A DNA stretch of 55,840 bases, the filler included, from Dugesia japonica (taxonomy: Eukaryota), in the NCBI GenBank assembly GCA_001938525.1. It is 5 parts of 5 records of this genome, joined end to end, with 100 filler letters (N's around TTAATTAATTAA, not from the genome) between each part and the next. Parts side by side here need not be neighbours in the genome. Positions count along the whole stretch, not along the records: positions 10,452 to 22,288 come from MQRL01634838.1; positions 22,389 to 32,016 come from MQRL01635640.1; 3 more parts are not named here. One strand, written 5' to 3'. Made by a program: the position numbers and the translations under genes. Under the pieces are notes generated by a model. That model was not told the origin of the DNA, searched no databases, and saw only the letters and a list, made by a program, of their open reading frames with translations. Positions within the stretch are counted from its first letter, which is position 1. Each line of letters starts with the position of its first letter. Of this stretch, positions 12,193-22,685 are shown in pieces.

Positions 12193-15100
12193 TTTTCATT
12201 TATCAGATGATTTTCAAAGATCAAATGAATAATATCAGAAAATGCAGCAGATAAACCAAATCCAGAAATCGTAATTCCAAATATTATTCCTCTATTTTTA
12301 TTAAAACACTAAATGGAAATATTGTTAATTTAAAAAATTACATTAATATTCAATACGAGATTGGATTATTTATATTAATTATGAACGGAAATTCTCAATA
12401 AGAACTATTATTTGTAATGGGAAATACGATAATTATTAAAACTAATTGATATACGATTTTTGAGTAAACATCAAATAATATGAATAAAGGGCTTGGTGAC
12501 ATTTAATCACTCGACAATTAATCACTTACAAATGCAATATAATAAAATAAGCATTAATGTATATTATCAATTAAGTAATTAATCATTGTTCCTTAATTTA
12601 TACACTGAAAGTAATTCACATATATTTAACTAGTAAAATTTAATCACATGTATTAAATTTAAATGTACACATTTAAAGAACTAAAATTAATGAACATAAC
12701 AAGTAAAAGTGTCTGTTTTGTATAATCAATATGAATTAATCAAGAATTTGAAATATGCCAATGGTAATATTCAATGAGGTTAGCAGTTCAGAAAATTTTA
12801 AGCCCGTTTAACTAAACAAAAAATGATAAAATCTTTGGTATTTGTGATCATCAGCATATTTATGGTGTTAATAAACCTACTGTTTTGACCAAACAAGCTT
12901 TTGCAAAAATTAGGCAAATTGGATTGACTTAAACATCCACAGTGATAGGTTATGTTATTATGCAGCCTCATTGGAATCTTCCTTTAGCTTTACCCAAAAA
13001 GAAATCACTAGTTTGCAGCGAAATCACCAAAATATATAGTTTGAGTAAGGATCTAGATTTCTTCTTTCGACTACAAAAAATTTGATATTCAATATACCAG
13101 ACGAATTTCAACATATGAGTAGATAGATACTAGAGTCCTGACAAAGCACTTATTTGTTATCCCCCCACCTCGTGACTTAGTGAAATTTAATCCTAATGCA
13201 TTTAGTTGGGAATTTTAAAAAATGATATCATATGTGGTAATATTAGGTAATCGGATTAACTGTGTCTATATTTCCCAGTGTATTTAGTTGGGAAATGTTT
13301 TTGAACACAAATTATGTTATGAGATTAATTTCATCGGTGAAACTTCATATAATAAGATTAACTGTGTCTAAATTTTTTAAGCTTTTTAAGCAGTAGAATT
13401 ATTTAGGCTTTTTAGTTGAGAATTTATTCGATGTGGTCGAATAAGGTAAATTTTTGGTTGGTTTAGGTGGATTTGGTTGATAACTTGCTCGGTGACGTCG
13501 AATCTGAGCAAACTTGGATGGTTCTAGGTTAATTTGGTCAACTATTTCATCTGAAATAGTTAATTTGTGTAATTTTTATGTGATTTAGTCGACGATTTCC
13601 TCGGTGAGGTTGAATCTGAGGAAACTTGATCAGTTTTAGGTTAATTTGGTCAAATATTTCCTATAGAATGGTTAATTTGCGTAATTTTTTGGGCAATTCG
13701 GTCAAATTTTTCCTCCGGGTTAGTCAGTTTGAGTAATGTTTATGTGATTCAATAAATTTTTCAGCAATCTGGTTGAATTTGGCTCATTTTTGGGAAATCT
13801 GGTTGAAATTTTTTCTCGAGATTGCTCGGTTTGAGATTTTTTTGGATGATTAAGGTGAATTTGGTTAAACATTTTCGTGATGAGGTCGAATATTGTCAAT
13901 TTTTTAATGGTTTAGACCCATTTTTATGTAATTTGGTCGAATATTTCCTCGGGAATTGAAATTTTGGGTAACTTTTGGATGAATTGGTTGAATTTTGCTT
14001 GGGTATTGTTTAATTTTCTTCTTTTGTGGGAGATTTGGATGAAGTTTTCTTCGGGAATAGCCAATTTGGGCCAATTTGGTCAATTATTTACTCGGTTTAG
14101 ATAATATTAATCAATTATTTTCTCGGTATTGACAAACTTGGTTAATTATTTGCTCGCAAGGGTAATTTTTAGGTACTATTGATCAAATATTTATTTGGTA
14201 AGTATCAGTTTGAGTAATTTTATGACGATTCGGTCAATTATTTCCTCGGTTTTAGTCAATTTGGTTCAGATTTGAACGATTTGGTAAATTAATTATTCAC
14301 AGTGGTCAGATTTTGGTTGAAAATGTTCAGAGATTGGCTGACAGTTCTCAGACTTTGGTTGAAAGTGCTTAGATTTTAGATGATTCGGTCAATTATTTTC
14401 TTATAATGGATAAACTTAGTAAATAATTTACTCACGGATGTCGATTTGAATGGTTTTCAGCTGGCTATAGTCAATAACTTACTCACCAGGGTAATATTTA
14501 GGTGAATTCGGTCAATTATTTTCTCGGATTTGCTTAATTTGGGTTGAATTTTTATGGACATTCATGTGAAAAGTCGAATTTGTATAAATTTTCCATTTTT
14601 ATAAGATAATTTAATATTTTTTTGTGGTAAATTTCTGGTAAAATGGGGGGAATTATATTTGTTTGAATTTTCAAATTTTTGAAAATTTTATATCAAAATT
14701 TTTATGGAAATCCAAAATTTCCTAAATTCATAGAAAATATCAGATTACATTGAAGAAAATTTTGACAGTCAAAACGAAACATAGATGTATAATACTGATG
14801 ATGAATCTTTATGGATAGAAAAATAATATAATGAGTCTAGGTTTAATTTATTGGAGATAAGCTTCTATTAAGCTTCAAGATAAGCCTCTATTAATAATTT
14901 ATGGTTTATTTTATTAGAAAAAAGATTAAATTCATTAGAATTTGAGATCAATATGGTTTCAACATGAAAATAATAGGTTTATCCTGTGATAAAGATGTCT
15001 TTCTCTCAATAAATTCCTTCACTTTTTACCTTCATACTTGCTTGTTTCCCGATTCCTTGCTTGCTCATTGGTTTATAATTGTAATATAAAATTAAATAAA

Positions 15101-17811
15101 CATTTTCTCGGTTAACTGATGCAAAGCATTATGATAAATCTATTTTTAAAACTTAAAAATCATTTTTTTAACCATTAATCTGTCAATAAATAAATTTGTA
15201 TTTAACAACAAAAAAATTGTTTAAAAAAAATTTTAACATACAAAAATAAAAGTTGCTGTTCTTCTTTTTTCAAAATTTCGGCATAGCCTGCTTCTTAAAA
15301 GAAATTATAAAATAGATTTATCATAATGCTTTACAGCAATTAACTGAGAAAATGTTTATTTAATTTTATATTACAATTATAAACCAATGAAAATTGATTT
15401 TACTCAGATTTATTTGAAATCTGTCTTTATGTCAAAGTTTGTAATAAAAGTTTACTAAAAAATAGTTCCTGAAAAAGGCAATGCTGAAATATTGAAAATA
15501 GAAGAACAGTAACTTGTATTTTTGTATGTTAAAGTTATTTTTAATAAAAATGTTATTTTGTTTAAAACAAATTTTTTTATTAACAAATCAATGGTTAAAA
15601 ATTAATTTTTAAGTTTTAAAAAATTTTTAAAATAGATTTATCATTGTGAATAGGTTAGAGGCAGTTAAAATTTTTTGTGCTCTGGTTAAAAATTGTGTTT
15701 TAAAAATTTTTATTTATAAAAAAATCAAAATCACAAATTAATCAAGAAATTAAAATAAATTGAAATTTTTGAAAATGTCAATTTTGTTTTGAAAGTACAG
15801 AAAATTTTAAAATGATAATTTAATAGCAAATGATATTGTTAAGAAAATTTTATGAAAATTTCAGAAAATATAATTACAAATGATCATTTTTTTGTTTTGA
15901 AATTTTATGAAATTTTTTTAACAAATGATCAGTTTTTTTAAAAATTTTTTAAATTATATTTTAATACGTAAATAGTATTCCATATCATTTGCATTTGTAA
16001 AAGTTGCCCTAAGGTACTTATTGCAGGACTATCAAAATGGAACAGTATTCGGTCTGGTGAAACCAGTGAAATCATCCATTTTACTATACTTATAATATAA
16101 TCATTAACAAATATTTTCGTTTAAACTAGACAGTAAATTGCAGTATGATTTATACCTGAAACAAATAGAAAAGATATGATAACAATTGAAGAAATAAAAA
16201 ACACTTGTTTTAGTTTCGAGGGATTATATCTCCGTATACTGGATGAAGAACATTGAGTAGAAGATATTAAAAATTAAAAAGGAATTTGTTTAATAAATTA
16301 CTTTTTTAAAGCACACCATTATTTGCGGAATGAAATTTATAAATGTGTCTTATAATTATTTACGTGATCATAAGTGATTTAATACAAATTGCGGTTGTTG
16401 TTACCAATGTATCCATAGAATTCACACTTCCCAAAATTAAGCAGAACGGCACACTACAATAATTAAGTAGTTACTGGGGAATACCCTTATTCAAAAACTA
16501 TTATCTAAACATTTTTATGACATTTACTTAATATTTTTAGGTCGATTCAGTCAAAATTTTTCATCGTTTAGGTCGAATCTGGTTAATTTTANTCGATCTT
16601 AGGTAAATTTGGTTGACTATTTACTCGGTTATTTATTGATTATTTACTCAAGTCGATTTTTGGCTAGTTTGGATAAGTTTTAGGTGATAATTTACTCAGG
16701 CTGGTCGAAATTGCTTCATTTTTGGTGATGTTTTGGTAAAATTAATTGATAATATAATCAGACAAAGTTGATTTTTAGGTAAATTATGAAGATAATTTAC
16801 TCGGTAAGATCGAATCTGGACATTATTAATCAGTTTTAGGATATTTTGGACGATAATTTGCTATTTGAGGTTGAATAAGATCTATTATGGGTAGTTTGGG
16901 GTAATCTTTGGATAATTTTCGTCAATTATTTAATCACAAGGATCAGTTTTAAGTAAATTTGAATGATAAATTTCTCGGCCTTGTCAGTTTGGTTTAAATT
17001 TTCATGAGAAGTCTAATTTGTTTAAAAATTCAAGTTTTTAAAGGTTTTCCATGGGAGGTTTTGTGGAAATTTGTATAAACAGCCCATGTTATTTAAATAA
17101 ACACTAAAAACCAATATTTTGAAAACAAATTTAATAAAATTAATTTTCAATTGCAAAGATCAAAACGATGTTTTTCTATTTTCATAGAGTTCAATATTTC
17201 GGCTNTGCCTTCTTCAGGAACTATAAAACTGTCTCAAAAATTTATGTAAATTTAACAAAAAAAATTAATTTTTCATTAACTTAATTGAATAAGACAAAGA
17301 AAATAATATTCTAAATAACTTTTGCTGCAGCACTCAAAGCAACTCCATAAGCGATTCCAACTCCAAATCCACCGAAAAGCCCAAATGATATGATAACAAG
17401 TGATAAATATGATTTTAGAGTAAAATACATCAATCCAAAATTTAAACTAAAATATTTCGTTTAAATTTCAATTTCTAAAATCAATTCGTTTCCACCTCAT
17501 AAACCACGAACCAATCAAAATCGTTATAAACGTCCCAAATTTCAATTCAAGATATCCACCAAGTGACAAAGCAGCACCAGTTCCCAATGATATTGCTCCA
17601 AATATCCATTCTGTATTTATCTCATTCACTGAATTTCGAGAATAACTGTTATTTTTCATGTAATTAATAATATCATTTTGAAAATTTCCTAAGGAAAATA
17701 ACTTTCTTAAAGAACTTTAAAAATTTTACCAGCTGTATACAAATGTCCAAGAGTTAATTCAATTAGAAAAGCTCCCAATACAACAAAATATTTATTATGA
17801 AACTTTATCAT
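12193..17811 (-). CDS. MFS transporter (oxalate:formate antiporter / monocarboxylate-transporter-like), 5' part only; 4 exons
   Basis: Exons 17811-17730, 17688-17496, 17446-17320 and 12308-12193, with GT-AG introns of 41 nt, 49 nt and ~5 kb. Spliced: MIKFHNKYFVVLGAFLIELTLGHLYTAGNF...SLGGYLELKFG...FGLFGGFGVGIAYGVALSAAAK|CFNKNRGIIFGITISGFGLSAA..., typical TM1-TM5 of OFA-family MFS proteins. Later exons not identified. Confidence 0.85.
13250..14650. repeat. Degenerate G/T-skewed minisatellite block inside MFS intron 3
   Basis: Recurrent TTGGTCAATTATTT(T/C)CTCGG-like subunits. ~112-bp higher-order copies at ~13491 and ~13603. A related block lies at 16540-17070. Confidence 0.7.
15066..15645. repeat. 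Hammerhead-bearing ~320-bp repeat (family B): inverted copy abutting a terminally redundant forward copy
   Basis: 15066-15146 is the reverse complement of 15309-15389, and ~15135-15295 of ~15465-15645. AAAATAGATTTATCAT recurs at 15309 and 15629 (period 320). Decayed hammerhead at 15462-15500 (+): CTGAAAA-a-GGC-aat-GCT-GAAA-ta-TT^gaa. Confidence 0.7.
16540..17070. repeat. Second block of the G/T-skewed degenerate minisatellite
   Basis: Same subunits (TTGGTTGACTATTTACTCGG, TCGAATCTGG). Ends with a tail (GAGAAGTCTAATTTG...) similar to that of the 13250-14650 block (GAAAAGTCGAATTTG...). Confidence 0.6.
17185..17225 (-). ncRNA. Minimal type I hammerhead ribozyme, family B, apparently intact
   Basis: Minus strand: tatagttc-CTGAAGA-a-GGC-aNa-GCC-GAAA-ta-TT^gaactcta. 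All core nucleotides are present, stem I pairs 7/8, stem II is 3 GC pairs, stem III is palindromic (ATAT). Predicted cleavage between 17193 and 17192. Confidence 0.8.
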
Positions 17812-18159
17812 GTTTTTAAAATATTTATCGAAATTAATTAACTCTAAATAAAACTATTGAATAACCAAATTTCTTTACCCGAGCAATTATACAAGATCTA
17901 TTTGACATTTTTTAAAAAATAGAAAAAAAGTTAACAAAATATGAACTTAATAATTTTCTTTTTGTTCTTCTTTATTTAACTTAAATAAAATTTTACAAAT
18001 CTGGAAATTTATTTTATTAAATCTTTTGAAAAAAAGTTTTAAAAATTTAGATTGAAGTAGTATAGTAAAACAACGAAATAGTACAAATTAATTGAAAAGT
18101 TGAGTTATTAAGTCTATAAAATGTTTTTGTATATAAAATTTGAATATGATTTCAAAGAA

Positions 18160-19075
18160 ATTGATAGCTTCTAATCTCTTTGTCTTCTCTTTAGCAAATG
18201 TTTTCATTACTTTGGTCTTCTGACAAATTTCATAACTACGAATTATCTTCTGCATTTAGGTCCACGAATTCTTCGCAATCTATTTGTTTCTAATATATTC
18301 TTAAACCTTTTCAAATCCTGCATGATGTAATAATTTATGTATTTTGTCTATTGTCTCATGTATTTTATCATCAGAAATTTATATTTTCTTGATTAAATAT
18401 GTTTCATCAAAAATGCTTAATTGTTTTTCTTTTTATATTATGTTCAGTATTCTTGTTTTAATCTTCTCTTTCTTGGCATCTTCATGTGACATTTGAAATT
18501 GCACATATACCTCACAACTTGGTCTAGATAACATATCTGCATTAGCGTGTTGAATTCCTTTCCTATATTCCAAAACCATGTCTGGACTACTCAGATAATT
18601 AATCCATGTCTGAAATTGTGAAGTAATTGATTTCTTTGTCATCATCATAAAAGTTTAGAGCTTTATGATCTGTTCTAATATTAAATCTCATACTGTACAA
18701 GTAATGTTTGAAATGAATCCAGAAATAATAAACAGCCAATAATTCCTTTCGTGTTATGCAATATCCTTTTTAATGACTAGTCATTGAGTGTGATACATTG
18801 GCAATAATTCTTTCTTTTCCTTCTTTATACTGCTTCAATTTTATCAAAACTGCCATTTGTATTTAATATCAATTCTCTATTTATGTTAGGAAAACACAAT
18901 ATTGGTGCAATCATTAGAGATTTCTTAAGACCCTCAAAAGTATCTTTTAATTCATCTCTTCATTCTAATTTCTTCTCGATTGGTCCACTGCACAACTACT
19001 CTAAGATCCTTGATTTTCTTGCGCAGTTTTCTATAAATTTCGTGTATTAATTACAAATTCTTCAGAAAGAAACTT
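18160..19075 (-). mobile_element. Ty3/Gypsy pol relic (RT connection and RNase H), pseudogenised
   Basis: YCITRKELLAVYYFWIHFKHYLYSMRFNIRTDHKAL ... WINYLSSPDMVLEYRKGIQHANADMLSR are Gypsy RNase H motifs. Frameshifts and stops present. Confidence 0.9.
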
Positions 19076-19084
19076 TTTTTGAGA

Positions 19085-20430
19085 AGACTTTATATTTATG
19101 TATGATATTGGGCAATCTGGATATTTTGCATGGGGAGTCTATATTTTCATGGTATTGGGATGTCTATATTTTGCATGGCATGGATGAGACTTTAAGATGA
19201 GGGGAATATCTATATTTTGAATGGTGTGAAGAGACTCTATATTTAGCATGGAATGGGCAGTATAAAATTCAAAGGTACGTGATTTTCAGTGTATATTTGT
19301 TGCATCTGAATTACATACCTATTGCATTTTTTTAAAAATATTCAAAATGGCGGCTATGTTGATTTTTTAAAAATTTCTTTTTGGTGGGAAATTTTAAGAA
19401 AATTTTTTAAAAATTCCCAGGCGTGTGATTTTTAGTGTATATGTGTTGAATCTGAGTTGCATCTGAGTTGCATACATTTTGCATTTATTAAAAATTTATT
19501 AAAAAAATCAATAACAACCAATGGAAATTTTAGGCACGCGCTGCTGTATTGTATTCATTATGCATTCATTATTAAAAAACATTGGGTAGTCATTATATTT
19601 TGTATTATACTGGGCAGTCTTGAAATAACTGCAAGATATTGGGCAGTCTTTATTAGTTCCGGCAGTCTAAAATTTAATTAACATTATAAAATATATCTAT
19701 AAAAAAAAATTTTTGTGATATTTATATGAAATATAACTATCAAGAAACTTCAAAGAGAGGAATCTTTGTGACATTTACACGATAAAATATTCAAATAAAA
19801 ACTTTTCTTTACAAGATGATATAAAGCAGAAATTTTTTCAAAAAAAACATATAGTTAGGTAATTTTCTTTAAAAAAACATATAAGTCATGCAGTGTGCCT
19901 ATAAAAAATATATTAGTCATGAAATATTTCTATAAAAAACATATACGTGTTGCAATTTTTTATAAAAATCTCATTAGTAATGCAATTTTTAGTAAAAAAT
20001 CTTATTAGCTGAGAACATTTCTTTACAATAGGTTAAAAACATAGAATTCTTTTCATAAAGATCATAAATTCAATATATAACTATTAAGCCTATATAAAAA
20101 TTTATAAGAAAATAATTTTATGATTGTATAGGATTAATGAGTGTATTATTTGTATAGTTACCTTGTATTATTTACATAGAAACCATGTATTATAGGGTTT
20201 ATTAGTGTATTATTTGTATAGTTACCCTGTATTATTTACATAGAAACCATGTATTATAGGGTTTATTAATGTATTATTTAAATAGGAACCATGTATTATA
20301 AGGTTTATGAGTATATTATTTGCATAGTTACCTTGTATTATTTACATAGCAACCATGTAATATTTACATAGTAGCAGTGTATCATAGGGTTTTAGAGATT
20401 ATTATCTACATATTAACCTTGTAATATGAG
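19085..20430. repeat. Composite minisatellite tract
   Basis: Consecutive arrays: ~21-bp TATATTTTGCATGG units (19085-19265), a duplicated CGTGATTTT(C/T)AGTGTATAT block, GGGCAGTCTT units (19610-19670), ~30-bp AAAAAACATATA..TCATGCA units (19830-20040), and ~21-bp TGTATTATTT(G/A)(C/T)ATAG units (20140-20420). Confidence 0.7.
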
Positions 20431-20568
20431 ATCACCATGCAAAATGTATGTTTATAAAATTAGTTATCAAAAATTAATTTAATCAAAATATTGTTTTGTG
20501 TTACTTAGTATTATAAAAAAATAAACCTTATTATTAATTTCTTATTAAATAAATAAAAATAAACTAAT

Positions 20569-21637
20569 TGTTGGGGTGAAACACCCACTAAAGTATAAAA
20601 TAATCAATATCAGAATCTACAAGGAAAGAAATAAAGCACAAAAGCANNNNNNNNNNNNNNNNNNNNNNNNNNNNNNNNNNNNNNNNNNNNNNNNNNNNNN
20701 NNNNNNNNNNNNNNNNNNNNNNNNNNNNNNNNNNNNNNNNNNNNNNNNNNNNNNNNNNNNNNNNNNNNNNNNNNNNNNNNNNNNNNNNNNNNNNNNNNNN
20801 NNNNNNNNNNNNNNAACGAAATTAGATGAAAATCTGTTTTTTACAGATAACTCCGGCCCCGGACGTCAGAAAATATTCAAACAAGAAAAATCGAAAAGAA
20901 AATAGTTAAGTGCAATTAGAACCCTAAAAAGAAAAAGCGTACCACCTTCCAGAGGGAAAAATATCTAAAATCTAGCCAATAAGCAGCCAGAAAATAAAAA
21001 TAAGACAAAGACATCGAAGTCAGGTGCTGCTCTAAAAATAGTTGCCAATCATGGCACCAAATTTTACAGAAAATTGCAGAAAATCGGGGCTAGCATCAAT
21101 AAAATTAGAAAAGAGCTAGTCTAAAAATACCAGATAATCTGAANATAGTTGGGGTGTCCAGAAAACCGTATATAAGGAGCCCCGGTTTTAGACGAAAAAA
21201 CTAGAAAAAACACTGACAACAAATCTTTATTCAATGTACAATTACAGAGAATTTTAAAGGAATTTTCTAATTTGATCTAAAGAAAATAAATAGTTTTCAG
21301 TTATCGCGCAGCTGGTTGCCGAATAATAAAAAAATCATATCAAGTGGGATAATTGTAAATCGGAACAAGCTTAATTAATTTTTCAGAACGCAAGAAATAA
21401 GAAAAAGCTCGATTCAAGAAGTTTCTTCCNTTCAGAAGCTACTAGGAAATAGCACCAGGTACCCGTTGCAGAAAAAAAAGGTCGAACCAAATCAGTTATT
21501 CAGTAATTTGTGGAATTATATCTAAGTAATTATTATTCTTGTGTTGTTATCGAAACGTATGAAAAATGATTATAATGAATTTATATATGCTTTTATTGAT
21601 AAAGTAAAATATTAATACTTGTTTTCAAGTTGAATAA
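20569..21637 (+). mobile_element. Probable solo LTR, interrupted and terminated by gaps
   Basis: Begins TGTTGGGGTG, is GC-richer than its flanks and has a TATATAA box at 21169-21175. The 3' CA end is hidden by an N gap. Confidence 0.35.
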
Positions 21638-21825
21638 NNNNNNNNNNNNNNNNNNNNNNNNNNNNNNNNNNNNNNNNNNNNNNNNNNNNNNNNNNNNNNN
21701 NNNNNNNNNNNNNNNNNNNNNNNNNNNNNNNNNNNNNNNNNNNNNNNNNNNNNNNNNNNNNNNNNNNNNNNNNNNNNNNNNNNNNNNNNNNNNNNNNNNN
21801 NNNNNNNNNNNNNNNNNNNNNNNNN

Positions 21826-22105
21826 AAAATTTAATTATAATTAGAAATGATATAGGTGAGAAAATACCAGAATTTATTTATATTCAGAGATAATGTTATG
21901 AAGAAATATCAAAATATAAAATAACAAAATGTAATCATAATTGATAATGAAATAAGTAAGAAAATACCAAAAATTATTTATAATGTTATTAAGAAATATC
22001 AAAATATAAGATAACAAACTTTAATCATAATTAGAAATGATCCAATTAGTAAAATACCAAAATTTATTCATATTCAGAGATAATAATAACTAGAAAATAA
22101 CAAAG
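21826..22105. repeat. Tandem repeat, about three copies of a ~90-100-bp unit
   Basis: ATAATTAGAAATGAT...AAAATACCA(G/A)AA...AAGAAATATCAAAATATAA repeated. Confidence 0.7.
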
Positions 22106-22288
22106 CTACTCCTAACCGCAAAAGACAATGCTTTTCTCGTGTCGCAACACATTATCGTAGATTCCTCCATCATACATATGAATCCATGATAATTTTTTCA
22201 GGAAATTAAATTTAAGACAAGTGCGCATGTTCGGACAGATTACTGCGATGATGCCAGAATAAATGCTCAGTAATATAATTTCCATTTA

Positions 22289-22388
22289 NNNNNNNNNNNN
22301 NNNNNNNNNNNNNNNNNNNNNNNNNNNNNNNNTTAATTAATTAANNNNNNNNNNNNNNNNNNNNNNNNNNNNNNNNNNNNNNNNNNNN
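22289..22388. other. Artificial contig-joining spacer N44-TTAATTAATTAA-N44
   Basis: Identical 100-nt spacer. Confidence 0.95.
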
Positions 22389-22639
22389 TTTATTTATTAA
22401 CTAAAATAAATCTTTTCAAAATTAATAAAACAAAATTTTATTTTGTTGTAACCTCTTATAATTTATACATTACATTTTCAATTGTTATAAAAGTGGCCTT
22501 AAAAATTTTCGTCAACACACTTACTAATATTTACTAATCAAACTAATTCNNATAAATAATATTTGTTATAATTTACAAAAAGCTAAATAAACAATTTTAT
22601 TTAAAATAAAAAGTTTTTCAAAGCAAAAGATCAAAATTG

Positions 22640-22685
22640 TTGTTCTTTTTTAATATTTCGGCTATGCCTTCTTCAGGAACAATAG
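22640..22685 (-). ncRNA. Hammerhead ribozyme, family B copy (core intact, stem I decayed)
   Basis: ctattgttc-CTGAAGA(22676-22670)-a-GGC-ata-GCC-GAAA-ta-TT^aaaaaag, within a family B repeat copy (~22585-22695). Confidence 0.65.

Noticed and set aside
12780-13180. Coding-like stretch in MFS intron 3 (also 10452-10860, 15990-16160 and 52500-52940)
   Set aside because: Interrupted by stops or lacking any recognisable motif. None fits as an MFS exon.
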